From Psammoneis japonica (lineage: Eukaryota), in assembly GCA_008632985.1 (NCBI GenBank), contig QPGO01000088.1, positions 186,001 to 250,000 on the forward strand: 64,000 bases of DNA, given 5' to 3'. Shown here piece by piece: positions 62,973 through 64,000 of the stretch (position 1 is its first letter; the number at the start of each line of letters is the position of its first letter). Position numbers and translations under genes: made by a program. The notes beneath the pieces are model-generated. The model searched no databases. It saw only the letters and a program-made list of their open reading frames with translations, and had not been told where the DNA came from.

Positions 62973-64000
62973 ATGAAGTTTGCTTGCATCGCCGCTTTCG
63001 GAGCCGCCACGGTTTCCGCTTTCACCCCCTCGGCATTCATGCCTGCCAACAAGCTCCGTGCTGTTGCCCCGGCCTCCAGCTCAAGCTTGAACATGGCGCT
63101 CAAGGATGGTCAAGTGCCCATTGTTATTGGAGTTGCTGCTGATTCTGGATGCGGAAAGTCGACTTTCATGCGTCGCCTTACCTCTATCTTTGGTGGGGAT
63201 GTCGTTGGACCTCTCGGGGGTGGATTCGACAACGGTGGATGGGAAACTAACACCCTTGTTTCTGATCTTACCACCGTTATCTGCCTTGATGACTACCATC
63301 TCAACGACCGTGAGGGCCGTAAAGTCACCAAGCGCACTGCCCTCGACACCGAAGAGAACAACTTCGATTTGATGTTCGAACAAGTCAAGGCCCTGAAAGA
63401 AGGCAAGACTATCAAGAAGCCTATTTACAACCATGTAAATGGAACCCTTGACGAACCCGAGACCGTCGAGCCCACCCCCATCATCATCTTCGAAGGTCTT
63501 CACCCCATGCACGACGAGCGCGTCCGTGACCTTCTTGACTTCTCCCTTTACCTTGATATCTCTGACGAGGTCAAGCTCAACTGGAAGATCCAGCGTGATA
63601 TGGAAGAGCGTGGACACTCTCTTGAGTCCATCCTCGAGTCTATCGAAGCCCGCAAGCCCGATTTTGACGCCTACATTGCTCCTCAAAAGAAGTTCGCCGA
63701 CCTTGTCATCGAAGTGCTCCCCACCCAGCTCGATGAGGAAGACAAGAAGACTCTTCGCGTTCGTTGCGTCCAGAAGGAAGGAGTTGCCGACTTTAGCCCC
63801 TGCTACCTCTTCGACGAGGGATCCAAGATTGAGTGGACTCCTTCTGCCGAGAAGCTTTCTTCCCCTGCTCCAGGAATTAAGCTGGCCTACGGTCCTGAGG
63901 AATTTTATGGCCAGCCTGTTTCTGTTCTTGAGATGGATGGAACTTTCGATAACATCCAACAGCTTGTCTACGTTGAATCTCAATTGAGCAACACCTCCAC
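62973..64000 (+). CDS. PRK: phosphoribulokinase, plastid-targeted (copy 2, runs off window)
   Basis: MKFACIAAFGAATVSAFTP presequence then the same PRK motifs; absent from the ORF track because no stop lies in the window. Confidence 0.96.
   Translation, partial: MKFACIAAFGAATVSAFTPSAFMPANKLRAVAPASSSSLNMALKDGQVPIVIGVAADSGCGKSTFMRRLTSIFGGDVVGPLGGGFDNGGWETNTLVSDLTTVICLDDYHLNDREGRKVTKRTALDTEENNFDLMFEQVKALKEGKTIKKPIYNHVNGTLDEPETVEPTPIIIFEGLHPMHDERVRDLLDFSLYLDISDEVKLNWKIQRDMEERGHSLESILESIEARKPDFDAYIAPQKKFADLVIEVLPTQLDEEDKKTLRVRCVQKEGVADFSPCYLFDEGSKIEWTPSAEKLSSPAPGIKLAYGPEEFYGQPVSVLEMDGTFDNIQQLVYVESQLSNTS

Noticed and set aside
63081..63983. 300-aa minus-strand ORF
   Set aside because: Antisense shadow of PRK copy 2.

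Overview
Eukaryotic nuclear DNA, almost certainly a diatom (GT-AG introns, signal peptide + ASAFAP-type plastid presequences, diatom-type PRK, CoDi-like Copia elements). Intact genes at 46-64 kb: plastid-targeted NAD(P) transhydrogenase, Tic22-like, EDR2-C domain protein, a convergent DHCR24/DWF1 + ERG4 sterol reductase pair, and two tandem phosphoribulokinases. The rest is mostly transposon blocks (1-7.1 kb, 12.6-29 kb with a four-level nest, about 38.5-45.8 kb, 58.3-60.9 kb) plus a decaying Ser/Pro/Thr-rich gene. The main signal is that the repeat blocks have lost almost all TpA by directional A>G change, preferentially TAY>TGY (RTA>RCA on the other strand), turning Tyr into Cys/His. It is separable from CpG decay, spares YTAR sites, spreads into a neighbouring host gene and ignores genic duplications. 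This looks like an adenine-directed, heterochromatin-linked hypermutation process opposite in direction to fungal RIP. All counts are by eye; no computation was run.
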